Assembly: GCF_004010195.1 (NCBI RefSeq)
Contig: NC_057718.1
Coordinates: forward strand, 34,435,239-34,499,238
Length of the DNA: 64,000 bases
Source of the DNA: Chiloscyllium plagiosum
Taxonomy: Eukaryota
Direction of reading: 5' to 3'
Both the position numbers and the translations under genes were made by a program. Below the pieces are notes generated by a model. That model was not told where the DNA came from and made no database searches. It saw nothing but the letters and a program-made list of their open reading frames with translations. This document shows positions 50,284-63,744 of this stretch, one piece after another; positions within the stretch are counted from its first letter, which is position 1; the number at the start of each line of letters is the position of its first letter.

Positions 50284-51650
50284 GTGGGTAACTGGTGAAG
50301 AAACAGTATATCATTAGGGTAAAGGGAGAAAGATGCTACGAAATGTGAGCCTTTAATGTCAGGCTTTTGGGTCAGCAAGATGCAATGAAGTGAAGGGAAA
50401 AGGGTGGGTGAAGATAGGCTCATGGAACTTAAAGGCTGGCAAGAAGTAGTGAGTTGTAGGGCCAAGAGAGCCAGGTATTACAATGGCAGATGAGAGAGCG
50501 CTGTTAAGATAGAACACAACACAGAATGAATGAGCTCAGTGATATGTGAGTTCAAGGGGAGATTTGTAGAAAAGATGGTAGAAATTGGTGGAAATGGAGA
50601 TGAGGATGAAATGTGATCAGATCATAGAATTGCACAGGGAAAGTGAAAGGACTAGCTGAAGTCAACAGAGAGCATTTTCCCACATCTACCACCATAAAAA
50701 TGAGACTTAAATGTTTCTGCAGACCCATTCTCTGGAAAGAAGTGAAAAGAAGCACAAGCACACAGGAAGGAAAACGAGAATGAAAAGGAAAGAGAAATAA
50801 GGCAAGAGATAAACTGAGTGAGAGAGAAAGGGAACAAGACAGAGAATACAAGTAGGGTTATTTAAGAGAGAGACTGCACCCTAGAATTTATTGTTAACAC
50901 ACCATAGGGTCATCTACTTGGGTAAAAATCTCCAGTTTAGAATAGATCAGCTTAATTTCTAAGATCCAGAGAAAGGTCACTGAAATGAGGATAAAGCAGA
51001 TTGCTCCGAGTCAAAAGCCAATAACCCCTCTGAAATAGTTTGTTTCTAAAAGACTGTATGTAGAGTATTAATTTGCTTATTGACATGTGTTTCAGGCACA
51101 AGCACAAGTCTAAGTCTGTAATTTGGAATGTATCATTGTATTCCATTGTGTATCTTATTTGCATCACCTATTGACGGAATTCTTTTCCAAATTCTTTTGG
51201 GACTTACCTTAGCAGGAGGTTGTTGTGTCCAAGTACCTGGCCTGTGATTTTCTCCAGAGTATAAGAAAATTGCAGCTGAAAATTTCATTTTACATTCTGA
51301 CAGTAATTCTCAACAAGGGTTGCAAGTGACTCAAAAGCATCCACAAATCTAAACATTGTCATTCCTGGAGGTGAAACAAACAAGACTCATACCATTTGGG
51401 GCTGAAGTAACTTGTGCTCAGTGAACAGTAAGACAGATTGTCAAGTTCAGCAATGAACTTGTGCCAAGTTCAGCAATAACCTGCCCATGAAGACTACTAG
51501 GCACAGGATCCATGTGCTGCTGCAGTAATAAAGGGTTAAAAGCACTTCCATATATCAATTGTCATTTCGAAAAAATATGTCAGGTATGATAGTTTCAATG
51601 TGTCAGACACGTGGGCCATTTAATTTCTGTATTGAACTCGTCTCAAAGCA

Positions 51651-52724
51651 AATATTGCATGCAATTCTGGTCTCCTTCCTGTCAGAAAGATGTTGTGAAA
51701 TAGACAATAGACAATAGGTGTAGGAGTAGGCCATTCTGCCCTTCGAGCCAGCACCACCATTCATTATGATCATGGCTAATCATCCTCAATCAGTATCCTG
51801 TTCCTGCCTTATCTCCATAACACTTGATTCCACTATCCTTGAGAGCTCTATCCAACTCTTTCTTAAACAAATCCAGACACTGAGCCTCCACTGCCTTCTG
51901 GGGCAGAGCATTCCACACACCCACGACTCTCTGGGTGAAGAGGTTTCTCCTCATCTCTGTCCTAAATGGCATACCTCTTATTTTTAAGCTGTGTCCTCTG
52001 GTTCGGGACTCAACCATCAGCGGAAACATGTTTCCTGCCTCCAGAGTGTCCAATCCTTTAATAATCTTATACATCTCAATCAGATCCCCTCTCAGTCTTC
52101 TAAACTCAAGGGTATACAAGCCCAGTCGCTCCAATCTTTCAACATAAGATAGTTCTGCCATTCCAGGAATTGACCTCGTGAACCTACGCTGCACTCCCTC
52201 AAAAACCAGAATGTCTTTCCAAACTTGAAAGGGTTCAGAAAAGATTTACAAGGATGTTGCCAGGGTTGGAGGAATTGAGCTATAGGGAGAGCTGAACAGG
52301 CTGGGGCGGTTTTCCCTGGAGTGTCGGAGGCTGAGGGGTGACCTTATAGAGGTTTACAAAATTATGAGGGGCATGGATAGGGTAAATAGGCAAAGTCTTT
52401 TCTCTGGGGTGGGGGAGTCCAGAACTAGAGGGCATAGGTTTAGGGTGAGAGGGGAAAGATATAAAAGAGACCTAAGGGGCAACTTTTTCACGCAGAGGGT
52501 GATGGAATGTATGGAATGAGCTGCCAGAGGAAGTGGTGGAGGCTGGTACAATTGCTACATCTAAGAGGCATTTGGATGGATATATGAAAAGGAAGGGTTT
52601 GGAGGGATATGGGCTGGGTGCTGGCAGGTGGAACTAGATTGAGTTGGGATATCTGGTCGGCATGGACGGGTTGGACCGAAGGGTCCGTTTCCGTGCTGTA
52701 CGTCTCTATGACTCTATGACTCTA
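51651..52724 (+). mobile_element. CR1 3' fragment split by an antisense CR1
   Basis: The host reads gatgttgtgaaa, then resumes at aaacttgaaagggttcag after the insert; (ctatgact)n tail. Confidence 0.9.
51701..52220 (-). mobile_element. Nested CR1 3' fragment
   Basis: ORF 51790-52194 (QRRFTRSIPG...RTRGH); (tagacaa)n tail. Confidence 0.9.
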
Positions 52725-54200
52725 ATTGGCTTCAAATCTGCGCTGAATAAAATCACATAAACAGCATTTAAAATAAAAAGGAAGAAACAACTCTTTGAAT
52801 AGAGAGACAGGCTGGGTACCATCACTCTCAATATAAATGTAGTTACCCAGTGCTTGCATATAACTTATAGATCAAGAAAAGGTGGATCTCAGGGCATCAG
52901 CAGAGTTGCTGTACATTTAAATGGTTGCTATTCATTGTCACACTAAACAACATAGGGTAAGTGAATTTCAGCCAGGTTACTGCTGGGATGATAAAATTGC
53001 CCTCATGGTGTCTATGAACACAGAGAAAGAGGAGGGAAATTTGTAAAAATCATGTTTTGGATGAAGAGCAGGTTCAGCTGTGATGTAATCTAAATTTGAT
53101 TAGCCCATACCCATGTTCTTGAAGAACATGTGCTTAAGTGAGATACTGCAAGGTTCCAAGTTTGTACAGCACTGACCCTGGGAAACAGTGAGCTCTGTCA
53201 GGACAGCGTTGTACTTCTGGAAAACTCCCCAAAGTGCTGGAGGCTGCACTCATTACAGGAAGCTCTGCTGAGCTGGGGAATCGTTTCAGAGCATGAAATG
53301 CAAGAAGCTGAACTGAGCTGGCAATTATGAGCAAGATTTTGAGATGAAACTTCTCTATTCAGGAGAAATGAGAGATTGTCTGTTTTCTTTGTAATTAGGG
53401 ACTTGCTTGCAGAATCTCGTTTGCAGCAACTGCGATTCAGTGTTACTTGTTCATGCAATTGTTAGATTACGGTTTACTGAATCATTAATTATGAATGAAA
53501 ACGGGCATTCTCCTGTTCAAAGAGGAATTTAACGGTATTTAGAGCTACCACAAGTCTTTACAATTGATAGTAGAAATCATTAAAAGAAAAAGACATTGCA
53601 GGGAGCATCAGTACCTCTGAATTTGCGGTGCTAAATTGCCGAAGGTCATAAAAGCTGCTATTGTGTTGCTGCAATTAGTCCGGTTGGCGACTGTGCTTGA
53701 CACACTGCAAGAATGTAATGCTGAAGCGTAATGTGATTTTAAGTTAATATTCCTTTTATTTCATCTTCTATTAAAACATAGAATTCATTTCTTCTTATTA
53801 ATGTAACCTCTGGCTAGGGTAGGAGGAAGAGCATTCCAGTGTATGTTGACATGGAGTTTGTGGAAAGATGTTATGCCATAGCTAGAGTGATATGGAGGGT
53901 AACTTTGGCCTTCATTAATCAGTCTGGCAACATGGCACACCAAGCTGACAGGCAGCTGAGCAGAGCACAGATGTAGGAACTGTAAAAAAAAGAGCCAGCA
54001 TATTTTATACTCCTTTTTCAACTGGCTTTTGAAAGATTCAGCAAGTGTTTAACAGTGTGATTGAAGAGGCCCTCCTTTGAACTTTTAAGTCATAATGTCA
54101 CAACGAGTTACCAAAGTGTTCAAAGTAAATCAAGCATGTATGTCATCAGTGTAGTTGCTTTAGAAAGATAAAACCAGGCAAAAGACAACCTTCGTTGGAA

Positions 54201-54438
54201 GGATGGCATGGTGGCTCAGTGGTTAGCACTGCTGCCTCGCAGTTCTAGGGGCCCAGGTTCAATTCCTGCTTTAGGTGACTGTCTGTGTGGGTTTCCTCCC
54301 ACAATCCAAAGATGTGCAGGTTAGGTGCATTAGTCTGGGGTAAATGTAGGGGAATGGGTCTGGGTGGTTACTCCTTGGAGGGTTGGTGTGGACTTGTTGG
54401 GCTGAAGGTCCTGTTTCTGTGCTGTAGGTAATCTAATT
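54201..54438 (+). mobile_element. HE1-type V-SINE with internal deletions
   Basis: tggctcagtggttagcactgctgcc head and HE1 tail. Confidence 0.85.
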
Positions 54439-54517
54439 TATTCCATAATCAAAAATAAAACTTATTTGTCACTTACTCTTAAATACAGTGAATAACTTAG
54501 TAACCACTGACAATGGG

Positions 54518-57500
54518 CATAGAGCATAGACTATAGCGCACAACAGGTCCTTCAGCTCTTGATGTTGAGCTGACCTGTGAACTCATCTAAGCCCATCACC
54601 CTACACTATCCCAGCATCATCCATGTGCTTATCCAAGGATTGTTTAAATCCTCTGAATGTGGCTGAGTTAACTACATTGGCAGGCAGGGCATTCCACGCC
54701 CTTACCACTCTCTGAGTAAAGAACCTGCATCTGACATCTGTTTTAAATCTATCACCCTTCAATTTGTAGCTACGTCCCCTCATACAAGCTGATGCCATCA
54801 TCCTAGGAAAAAGACTTTCACTGTCTAACTTATCTAATCCTCTGATCATCTTGTATGTCTCTCTCAAATCCCCTCTTAGCCTTCTTCCTTCCAATGAGAA
54901 CAGACCCAAGTCTCTCAGCCTTTCCTCATAAGACCTTCCCTCCAGACCAGGCAACATCGATGTAAATCTCCTCTGCACCTTTTCCAATGCTTCCAAACAG
55001 CACTATCAACCTAGGTGGCAACTTTCAGGGATCTATGTACATGGACTCCAAGATCCCTCAGCACAGCCACATTACCACAAATCTTTTCATTGACCCAATA
55101 TTCTGTTTTCCTGTTATTCCTCCCAAAGTGAATTACCTCATATTTAGCTGCATTGAACTCCATTTGCCACCTCTCAGCTCAATTCTGCAGTTTATCCTCT
55201 GCAACCTGCAACATTCTCCCACACTGTCCACGACTCCACCAACTTTAGTGTCATCTGCAAATTTACCAACTCGTCCACCTATGCCTACTTCTAAGTCATT
55301 TATGAAAATGACAAACAGCATTGGTCCCAAAACAGATCCTTGTGGCACACCACTAGTAACCAAACTCCCAGGTTGAATATTTTCCATCAACCACCACTCG
55401 CTGCCTTCTTACAGAAAGCCAGTTTCTAAACCAAACTGCTAAATCACACTCAATCCCATGCCTCTGCATTTTCTCCAATAGCCTACCATGTGGAACTTCG
55501 TCAAAGGCTTTGCTGAAGTCCATGTATACCACATCAACTGCCTTACCCTTATCCACATGGTTGGTCACAAGCTCAATGAGGCTTGTGAGACATGACCTGC
55601 CCTTGATGAAACTATGTTAACTAGCTGCACTCAAATTGTTGCTTGCTAGATGATTATAAATCCTATCTCTCATAATCATTTCCAAAACCTTTTCTACAAC
55701 AGATGTAAGGTTCACTGGTCTCTAATTACCTGGGTCATCTCTGCTGCCCTTCTTGAACAAGGGCACAATATTTGCAATCCTCCAGTCCTCTGGCACTAAA
55801 CCTGTAACAATGACGACTCAAGAATCAAAGCCAAAGGCTCCAACACCTCCTCTCTAGCTTCCCAGAGAATCCACAGATAAATCCCATCTGGTCCAGGGGA
55901 CTTGTCTACTTTCACTCTTAGAATTGATAATGCCTCTTCCCTACTAACCTTGATCCTTTCTAATCTAATATCTCATATCTCATTCTTCTCTTCGACAATA
56001 TTCTCCTTTTCCTGAGTGAAAACCGATGAGAAATATTCACTTAGCACCTCTCCCATCTCCACAAGGTCCACACACAACTTCCCACTTCTGTCTTTGACTG
56101 GTCCTATTACTACTCTAGTCATCCTTTTATTCCTCACATACCTATAGAAAGCTTTAGCATTCTCCTTTATTCTCCCTGCTGAAGACTGCTCATGTCCTTT
56201 CTTTACTCTTCTTAACTCTCTTTAAATCCTTCCTAGCTCATCTGTAATTGTCCATTGCCTCATCTGAACCATCTTGTCTCATCATTACATAAGCCTCCTT
56301 CTTCTGCTTAACAAGAGATGCAATTTCTGTCGTAAACCACAGTTCCCTTACCTTATCACTTCCTCCCTGCCTGACAGGGACATACCTATCAAGGACACAC
56401 AATATCTGTTCTTTTATCCAGCTCCACAGTGCAATTGTCCCCATGCTCTGCATTTTGCTACTCCATTTTATGCATCCTAAGTCTTGCCTAATCGCATTAT
56501 AATTGCCCTTCCCCCATCGATAACTCTTGGCCTGTGGCATGTATCTATCCCTTTCCATCGCTAAACTAAACGTAACTGAATTATGGTCACTCTCTCCAAA
56601 GTGCTCACCTACCACTAAATCAAACACCTGGCCTGGTTCATTACCAAGCAACAGATGGCCTCCCCTCTTGTACTCCCTTTGGCATATTTGTCAGGAAACC
56701 CTCCTGCACACACTGGACAAAAGCTGATCCATCCGACGTAATAGACTTATAGCATTTCCAGTCAATGTTGGGAAAGTTAAAGTCCATAATGACCACCCTG
56801 TTCCTTTCATTCCTACCCAGAATAGTTTTGCCGATCCTCTCCTCCACATCCCTGGAACTCTGTGGAGGTCTATAAAAAACTCCCAGCAGTGTGACTTCTT
56901 CTCTCCTGTTTCTAACCTCAGTCCAGACTACCTTAGTAGACGTGTTCTAGTCAAAAGTTCTTTCAGCCACCGTTATACTGTCCTTGACTAACAAGGCCAC
57001 ACCTCCTGTCTCTTTTACTGCCTTCCCTGCACTTAATGAACCCTGAAACCTGCACCATCTATTCCTGACCCTTCTCTATCCATGTCTCTGAAATGGCCAC
57101 AACATTGAAGTCCCAGGTACTTTCCCATGCTGCAAGCTCATCTACCTTATTTCAGATATATCTAGCGTTGAAGTAGATACACTTCAGACCAGCTTGCTGT
57201 CTGCCAGCACATTCCTGTGACCATGAAATCCTGTCTATGCCCTACCTACTCTCATCCTCCTGTGCATTGGAACAACACCTCAGGTTCCCATCCCCCTGCT
57301 GAGCTCGTTTAAACCCAACTGAATAATACCAGCAAATTTCCCACCCAGGATATTAGTACCCCTTGGGTTCAAGTGAAGACCATCCCGTTTGTAGAGATCC
57401 TACTTTCCCCAGAATGAGCCGCAATTATCCATGTATCTGAAACCCTCCCTCCTGCACCATCCCTTCAACCATGTGTTCAGCTGATATCTCTCCCTATTCC

Positions 57501-58460
57501 TTGACTCACTATTATGTGGCACGGGTAATAAACCAGAGACAACAACTCTGTTTGTTCTAGCTCTCAGCTTCCACCCTAACTCCCTGAAATCCTGCCTTAC
57601 ATCCCTATCCCTCTTTCTACTGATGTTGTTGGTACCTACATGGACCACGACTTGAGGCTGGTCACCCTCTTCCTTCAGGACCCCAAAGACACGATCTGAG
57701 ACATCACGGACCCTGGCACCTGGGAGGCAACACACAAATGTGAGGCTCATTCATTCCCAACAAACCTTCTATCTGAACCTCTAACTACTGAATTCCCAAT
57801 GACTAACACTCTTCTCCATCCCCTTCTTCCCTTCTGTGCAACAGGGGCAAACTCTGTGCCAGAGACCTGCACCCCAATGCATGCCCCTGGCAAGTCTCCC
57901 CCACCCCCCCAACAGCATATAAAGCGGTATACTTGTTTTTCAGGGAAACAACGTGACTCAACTTTCTTCGTGCCTAGGAGTAACTACTTCCCTGCAACTC
58001 TAATCGATCACAGACTCTGCCTCCCAAATGATCCGAAGTTCATCCAGGTCTCGCTCTGTTCCCTAACGTGGCCTTGGAGGAGCAAGAGTTGGGTGCACTT
58101 CCTGCTGATGGACTTGGATGGGACACTAATGGCGTCCCTCACCTCAAACATCATGCAGGAGGAACACTGCTCTCCCTGCACTGTCATCCCTGCTAGTCCC
58201 CTTATCAGAAAGTAAAAAAGAAGAGAAGCTTACCTGATGTGCCGCTGGTGTTTTAGGTTAGAGGAGGTGGTTGGGTGGGAGGCCCTAGGGTCTTGGGTTT
58301 AGAAAACACTGAATTATATAGCTGGAGGGAAATAGAAAAATCCCTCCTTTCCCAGAAAGCTCTGATCTCCGATGTAAGAACTCACATCAGTGACTCACCG
58401 CTCCCGACAGGCCCCTGGTCCAAGCTCCCGCCCTTCGTACTGCTGCTGCTGGCGCTAAAG
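54518..58460 (-). mobile_element. Near-full-length CR1 (5' UTR, ORF1 esterase, ORF2), decayed
   Basis: ORF1: CCLPGARVRDV..HVGTNN (57400-57750). [34 protein letters not shown]. 3' tail present. Confidence 0.95.
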
Positions 58461-58500
58461 AACAGAAAAACATTAATTTCTCTGATATAACCTAGATACA

Positions 58501-58686
58501 AAGGTAGAGTTACCATAGACTGCTGTCTAACCAGAAAGAAATAACTAAATGGTGGTTTAACCTTAGGGCGATGATGCATCAGGCAAGGAGCAATGTTGAG
58601 AAGGTGGAACTTTCATGGTAATGTCGGCTGATTTGGGAATTGAACCCATGCTGTTGGCATCAATCTGCATCATAAACCAACTGACC
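58501..58686 (-). mobile_element. Short tRNA-derived SINE (third family), copy 1
   Basis: B box reverse complement gaattgaaccc followed by atgctgttggcatc; matches 58935-59116. Confidence 0.7.
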
Positions 58687-58839
58687 CTTACCTATATATA
58701 CGCCAAGGTCAACTACAAAACCTCAAAGCAGGAGCTTCTTGCTTTTGTATTAGCATTATTAAACAGAAAGTAATAGCTCCTAGCTGGGTCACTCAGGTTC
58801 CAGCTCTAATCTGTGCTATGCGAGCTGTTCTACATCAGC

Positions 58840-58898
58840 GGGGGATGGGGGGACGGGGGGACGGGGGGACGGGGAGGACGGTGGGGGGGGGGGGGGGG
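58840..58898 (+). repeat. G-rich (GGGGGAC)n/poly-G tract with G-quadruplex potential
   Basis: Multiple runs of 4 or more G separated by short loops. Confidence 0.8.
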
Positions 58899-58934
58899 CA
58901 CGACTACAGTGGGCTTCAGCATCTTGTCCTTGAA

Positions 58935-59116
58935 GCGGGTAAAATCACCCAGTCCCACCTCTCATTAGAGACAGGCAATGGTGATGGTTCAACCTGCGGC
59001 CCTCCACATCTCATGCAGGGGGCAAGGTTGAGGGGTAAGACAATGACCCCAGCTAGTACAAGAATTGAACCCATGTTGTTGGCATCACAAGCTAGCCAAC
59101 CTGCCAACTGAATTAA
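58935..59116 (-). mobile_element. Short tRNA-derived SINE (third family), copy 2
   Basis: gaattgaacccatgttgttggcatc head; matches the 58501 copy. Confidence 0.7.
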
Positions 59117-59280
59117 TTATATTTGCATGGGTGTAAGGTATTGACTGGATTCTGGTCACCAATGATGCCGTCTAAGATTGAATGGCTGAATGGTATTCAG
59201 TCTCATGTTCAGAATAACAACATGAGCAAAGCACCAGATGGTTCATGACATCAAATGAAACCATGATAGAAGGCCGAGAG

Positions 59281-59430
59281 AAAGTGAGGACTGCAAATGC
59301 TGGAGATCAGAGTTGAAAAATGTGGCATTAGAAAAGTATAGCAGGTCAGGTAGCATCTGAGGAGCAGGAGAATTGATGTTTCGAGCATAAGCTTATGCCT
59401 GAAACGTTGACTCTCCTGCTCTTCGGATGC
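59281..59430. mobile_element. Collapsed Penelope hairpin
   Basis: Inverted arms centred on gcataagcttatgc. Confidence 0.85.
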
Positions 59431-59639
59431 AGGATAGGAGACCAATAGGCTTTAATATCCATTATCTTTAATATAAAGTTTCATTCATTTCTGTTTTAGA
59501 TATCATCTGTTTTGATATATCTCAGAAATAAACTTTGTTCCTTATATCTGCCCTTCACCTTTTAATCTTAAATCTCAATTCTAATATTTTCCTAATATAG
59601 ACAGTTCAGATAACAATATAACTTATCATTATTGCTTTT

Positions 59640-60130
59640 GGGGGGAGTCTAGCACATTGGTCACTGGGAAATAATCCAGAGGTCCCAGTATAACATTCTG
59701 AGGGCATGGGTTCAAATCCCATCATGGTTGCTGGTTGAATTATCAGGAATATAAATAGTTTTAGAAATGGTGATCATAAAACCACTACCAGTTGTTGTAA
59801 AAGCCAACCTGGTTCACTAATGGCCTTTAGGGAAGGACATCTATCATCCTTACATGGTGTCAATGTTCGTACCAAATTATGCAGCCACTGCAGTGCTCCA
59901 CATATGCTGACTGGTGCCGATGCATAGCTTCAAGATCCGCAGCGTGGACAAAGAAGTTTGAGGGAATGTTGCCTGCTCAGGTTTACATGTGGCTCCTGAT
60001 CTATAGAGACGCGGCTGACTCTTGATTGCCATTTGAAATAGCCTAGCCAGCTACTCAGTTTAAAGGCAATTCGAGATAGGCAGCCAATGCTGGCCTTGCC
60101 AGTCATGCCCGCATCCTACGAAAAGAAAAA
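59640..60130 (+). mobile_element. MetaSINE-like tRNA SINE interrupted by a MITE
   Basis: B box ggttcaaatcc; body ggttcactaatggcctttagggaagga; tail aatgctggccttgccag...catcc. Confidence 0.8.
59861..59971. mobile_element. 111-bp hAT-like MITE
   Basis: Imperfect terminal inverted repeats caatgttcgtaccaaa / tttgagggaatgttg. The 8-bp flanks catggtgt and cctgctca both resemble the SINE site cctggtct. Confidence 0.6.
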
Positions 60131-60595
60131 TGGGTGAGCTGCTAACTGTCTTGATTATGCTGCCTCCTAAAAAGTGTTCTGAATAGACCTAAGGGGTACC
60201 TTACCCTCTCAGTAATCCTCCTTTGCTCTGCTGAAGCGTCTGGTTGCCATATGGGACAAAGAAACAAGTTCAGGTCCCGTGAGTGAAAAGTTATAATAAA
60301 TTGCTACATTGATCAAACTCCAGAACATCCACCTTATGATCTGTTTAATACAATAACACACTTTTAATACCAGCCCCTGAGAAAATGTTGGGGCTGAACT
60401 TCACTGCATTTGAACATCCATGAAGATTTCACCTTCAACTTCTTCTCACGGTGGAAATTGGCTGTGTCACATCCATAGGGAATAAAACACTTTCAACAAA
60501 GTCTGTACCACATGAGAGTGCTTTGCTTTTCTAAAAAAAAGGTGTGAAAAGAAATGTGTATCCATTAAGAGTTCAAGGATTTACTAGCAGTTGAC

Positions 60596-61195
60596 AGAGT
60601 ATTGAGTATAGGAGCTGGGAGGTCATGTTGTGGCTGTACAGGACATTGGTTAGGCCAGTGTTGGAATATTGCTTGCAATTTTGGTCTCCTTCCTATCGCA
60701 AGGATGTTGTGAAACTTGAAAGGGTTTGGAAAATAATTTACAATGATGTTGCCAGGATTGGAGGATTTGAACTACAGGGAGAGGCTGAATAGTTGGGGCT
60801 GTTTTCCCTGGAGCGTCGGAGGCTGATGGGTGACCTTATAGAGGTTTATAAAATCATGAGGGGCATGGATAGGGTAAATAGACAAGGTCGTTTCCTGGGG
60901 TGGGGGATTTCAGAACAAGGGGGCATAAGTTAGGGTGAGGGCGAAACATTTAAAAGGGAACGAAGGAGCAACTTTTTCATGCAGAAGGTGGTGCGTGTAT
61001 GGGATGAAGTGGTGGAGGCTGGTATAGTTACAGCATTTAAAAGACTCCTGGGTGGGTGTATGAATAGGAAGGGTTTAGCGGGATGTAGGCCAAGTGCTGG
61101 CAAATGGAACTACGTTAGGTTGGGATATCTGGTTGGCATGGACAAGTTGAACAGAAGGGTCTGTTTCCATGCTGTACATCTCTATGACTCTATGA
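60596..61195 (+). mobile_element. CR1 3' fragment
   Basis: Matches 12390-13000. Confidence 0.92.
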
Positions 61196-61649
61196 TGGCA
61201 AACTGAAGTAGATGATTAGTGAAAGTTGACTTTTATTGATGATATAGTTGATTCGTAAAGTTATTTATATTTCAAAGAAAAGCCTATATTCTCAATGCTT
61301 GTAACTGTGGCAATACAATTTTAGGGATTCTACATACATTCTAATACAATCATTGCCTTACATTTGTTACATTTTTGCAAAGTGGTTCACGTGTTTTTTG
61401 GCTGCACTGAAATCATCCATCAATCACTGATTAATTTACATTATAATTATTGCGAGGGGTTAACGCAACTTCTGATTTTCTTCCCTTCCCTTGTGTTATC
61501 TGTTTCCATTGATACCACTGCACAAACATGCATAGATAAACAAATGCACGCATTTTCAAGATAGCGGCAGAGTAGCAGTGAAACATGAGGCTCCATAGCC
61601 CAGGTGCCCAGAGCTCAATTTGTCCACTTTTTTTCTTTGTATGCTTTTG

Positions 61650-62606
61650 TTTTGCAGATGCTGGAATCCAAGGTAGACAAGCAGGAGGCTGGAACAACAC
61701 AGCAAGCCAGGCAGTATCAGGAGGTGGAGAAGTCAACATTTTGGGTGTAACACTTCTTCAGGACTTTGGGTGGGTGTAAGGGAAGCTGCAGATAAAGGGG
61801 TAGGTTTTGAAATTGGAGAACTCAATGTTGAGTCCTCCAGGCTGTAGGCTGCCCAGGCGGAAGATGAGATGTTGCTCCTCCAATTTGTGGTCTGATTCAT
61901 TATGGCAATGGAGGAAGCAGAGGATGGTCATGTCGGAAAGGGAGTGGGAAAAGAAATTAAAATGGGGATAACTGGGAGGTCAGGTCAGCCCCTCTGGGCC
62001 CGGCTGAGATGCTCAGTGTCTGGTGATCTCGCTGTGGTCTTCTCTACATCGAGGAAACCAAACATAAACTCAGGGCAGGTTTCGCCTAGCATGTCAGTTA
62101 GGTCTGCAAGGGCCGACCTGACCTCCCAGTCACCCTCCCACTTCCTTTCCAACATTTTAATTTCCCTTCTCACTCCCTGTCTGACATACCATCCTTGGCC
62201 TCATCCACTGCCTCAGCAAATCAGACTGGAAATGGGAGGAATGGCACCTCATCTTCCGCCTGGGCAACCTACAGCCCGGAGGACTCAACATTGCATTCTC
62301 CAATTCCAAATAACCGCCCTTCCCATCTCCCGACTCCCTTCCCAGCCTCACCCCCTCCCTTCCATTCCTCTGATTGATCCTTCCTTCCAGATACCAACCC
62401 GATTCATTCCTCCCATCGACCAACCAGGTTGTACCCTCTACCCCACCACCCCATTTCCCCCTCCAATCTCTCCAACCATCCTTGATCTGCAGCTTCCCTT
62501 ACACCCACACCCCATCCTGAAGGAGGGTTACACTCGAAACGTTGATTTCTCCAGCTCCTGATGCTGCCTGTCTAGTTGTGTTCTTCCAGCCTCCTGCTCG
62601 ACTACC
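61650..62606. mobile_element. Penelope-like element with inverted arms and a GIY-YIG endonuclease remnant
   Basis: Plus strand about 62020-62313 reads, with frameshifts, SRCGLLYIEETK...HLIFRLGNLQPGGLNIAFSN. It is mirrored on the minus strand at 61805-62017. Hammerhead-like ctgaagga...gaaacgtt near 62517. Confidence 0.9.
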
Positions 62607-62619
62607 TTTTATTGGATGT

Positions 62620-63095
62620 TTCCATTTATATTGGTACCTTACCTTCTTTTGCTGACTTTGTCAGTAGATGTCTTTACTGGGCCCAGGACCATGGAGAACG
62701 TGGCTTCTAATAGCTTGGAATGGCAGTATAGGCCTGATGGAGTGGTCTCCCTCCAAGTGTGGTGGTCTCCTGATGTGGCAGTCTCATCCAGGGGAGGTAG
62801 TCTTGGCTTGGAGTAGCATTCTTCTCCCAGCATGGAGGTCGTGTTCTGTTATGGAGGCCTTCTTTGGTGGCCTTTGGGTGTTCCAGCAGCATGGCATGGA
62901 GGTCTAATCACAGCGTGGAGGTCTTGTATCAGCCCAGTTTTCCAACCTACTCCAAACCCAGAATCTGTTAATTGAACTGTGATGAACTTTTACTTTATTT
63001 TCTTCTTATTTTTGACTTCCGTCATTAATTTAGATGGTGTGGCAACTTATGAACCTTCTCACTGGTTTTTTTGTAAAAATATACGTGACAATAGA
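62620..63095 (+). repeat. Non-autonomous element with a Rex1/RTE-like tail
   Basis: Ends ttctcactgg...atatacgtgacaata. Confidence 0.4.
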
Positions 63096-63744
63096 TTGCT
63101 TAAAAAAAAAATCACGTGTTGATGTTATTTAACATCTGAGTATGTTGTTAAGGAGATACATCGATCAAAAATAGGAAAGAACTCAATCTATATCCTTGGG
63201 ATATTCTGGAGATGATGGTGGGGAGTAGAGACTATTGTTGGAGATGCACTCGTTGGATTTTGATAAAGGTAAGGATGGAACCATGCAAGGACATTCCTGC
63301 AGAGTTGGATTACGGAGGAGTTCAAACAGGATGGTGTACTCACTCAAGTGTTGCAGGTAGGTTGAGAAGAACAAAAAGGGATAATGCACAGCAGTCAGAA
63401 AAAGAAAGGACATCATTGATGGGCATTGGCAGGAGTCTTTTAAAAGTAGAGAAATGATACTTTCTGACTCTCTGGTCAGATCTCCTTATCATTTACTATC
63501 GTAAGATTTTCCTGCTCTTGTGCTCTGTACATCACCCATTTGTTGTTCACTCTAATAGCCGTTACAATATCTTCAGGTTGGCATACACAGTTTGTTTCTA
63601 TGGAATTGTTGGCATTCATGAAAGAATGAGAAGATATTTGGTGAAAAAATAAAGAAAAAAGATGACATTTACATTTGCGAGTTATTTTTCCAAATATGGA
63701 AGGGCTTCCAATTCTCACATGACAAAGGGATACACATGAAGCTT

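Noticed and set aside
61902..62561. 219-aa proline-rich ORF
   Set aside because: Mostly off-frame read-through of a Penelope inverted repeat and a C-rich UTR.
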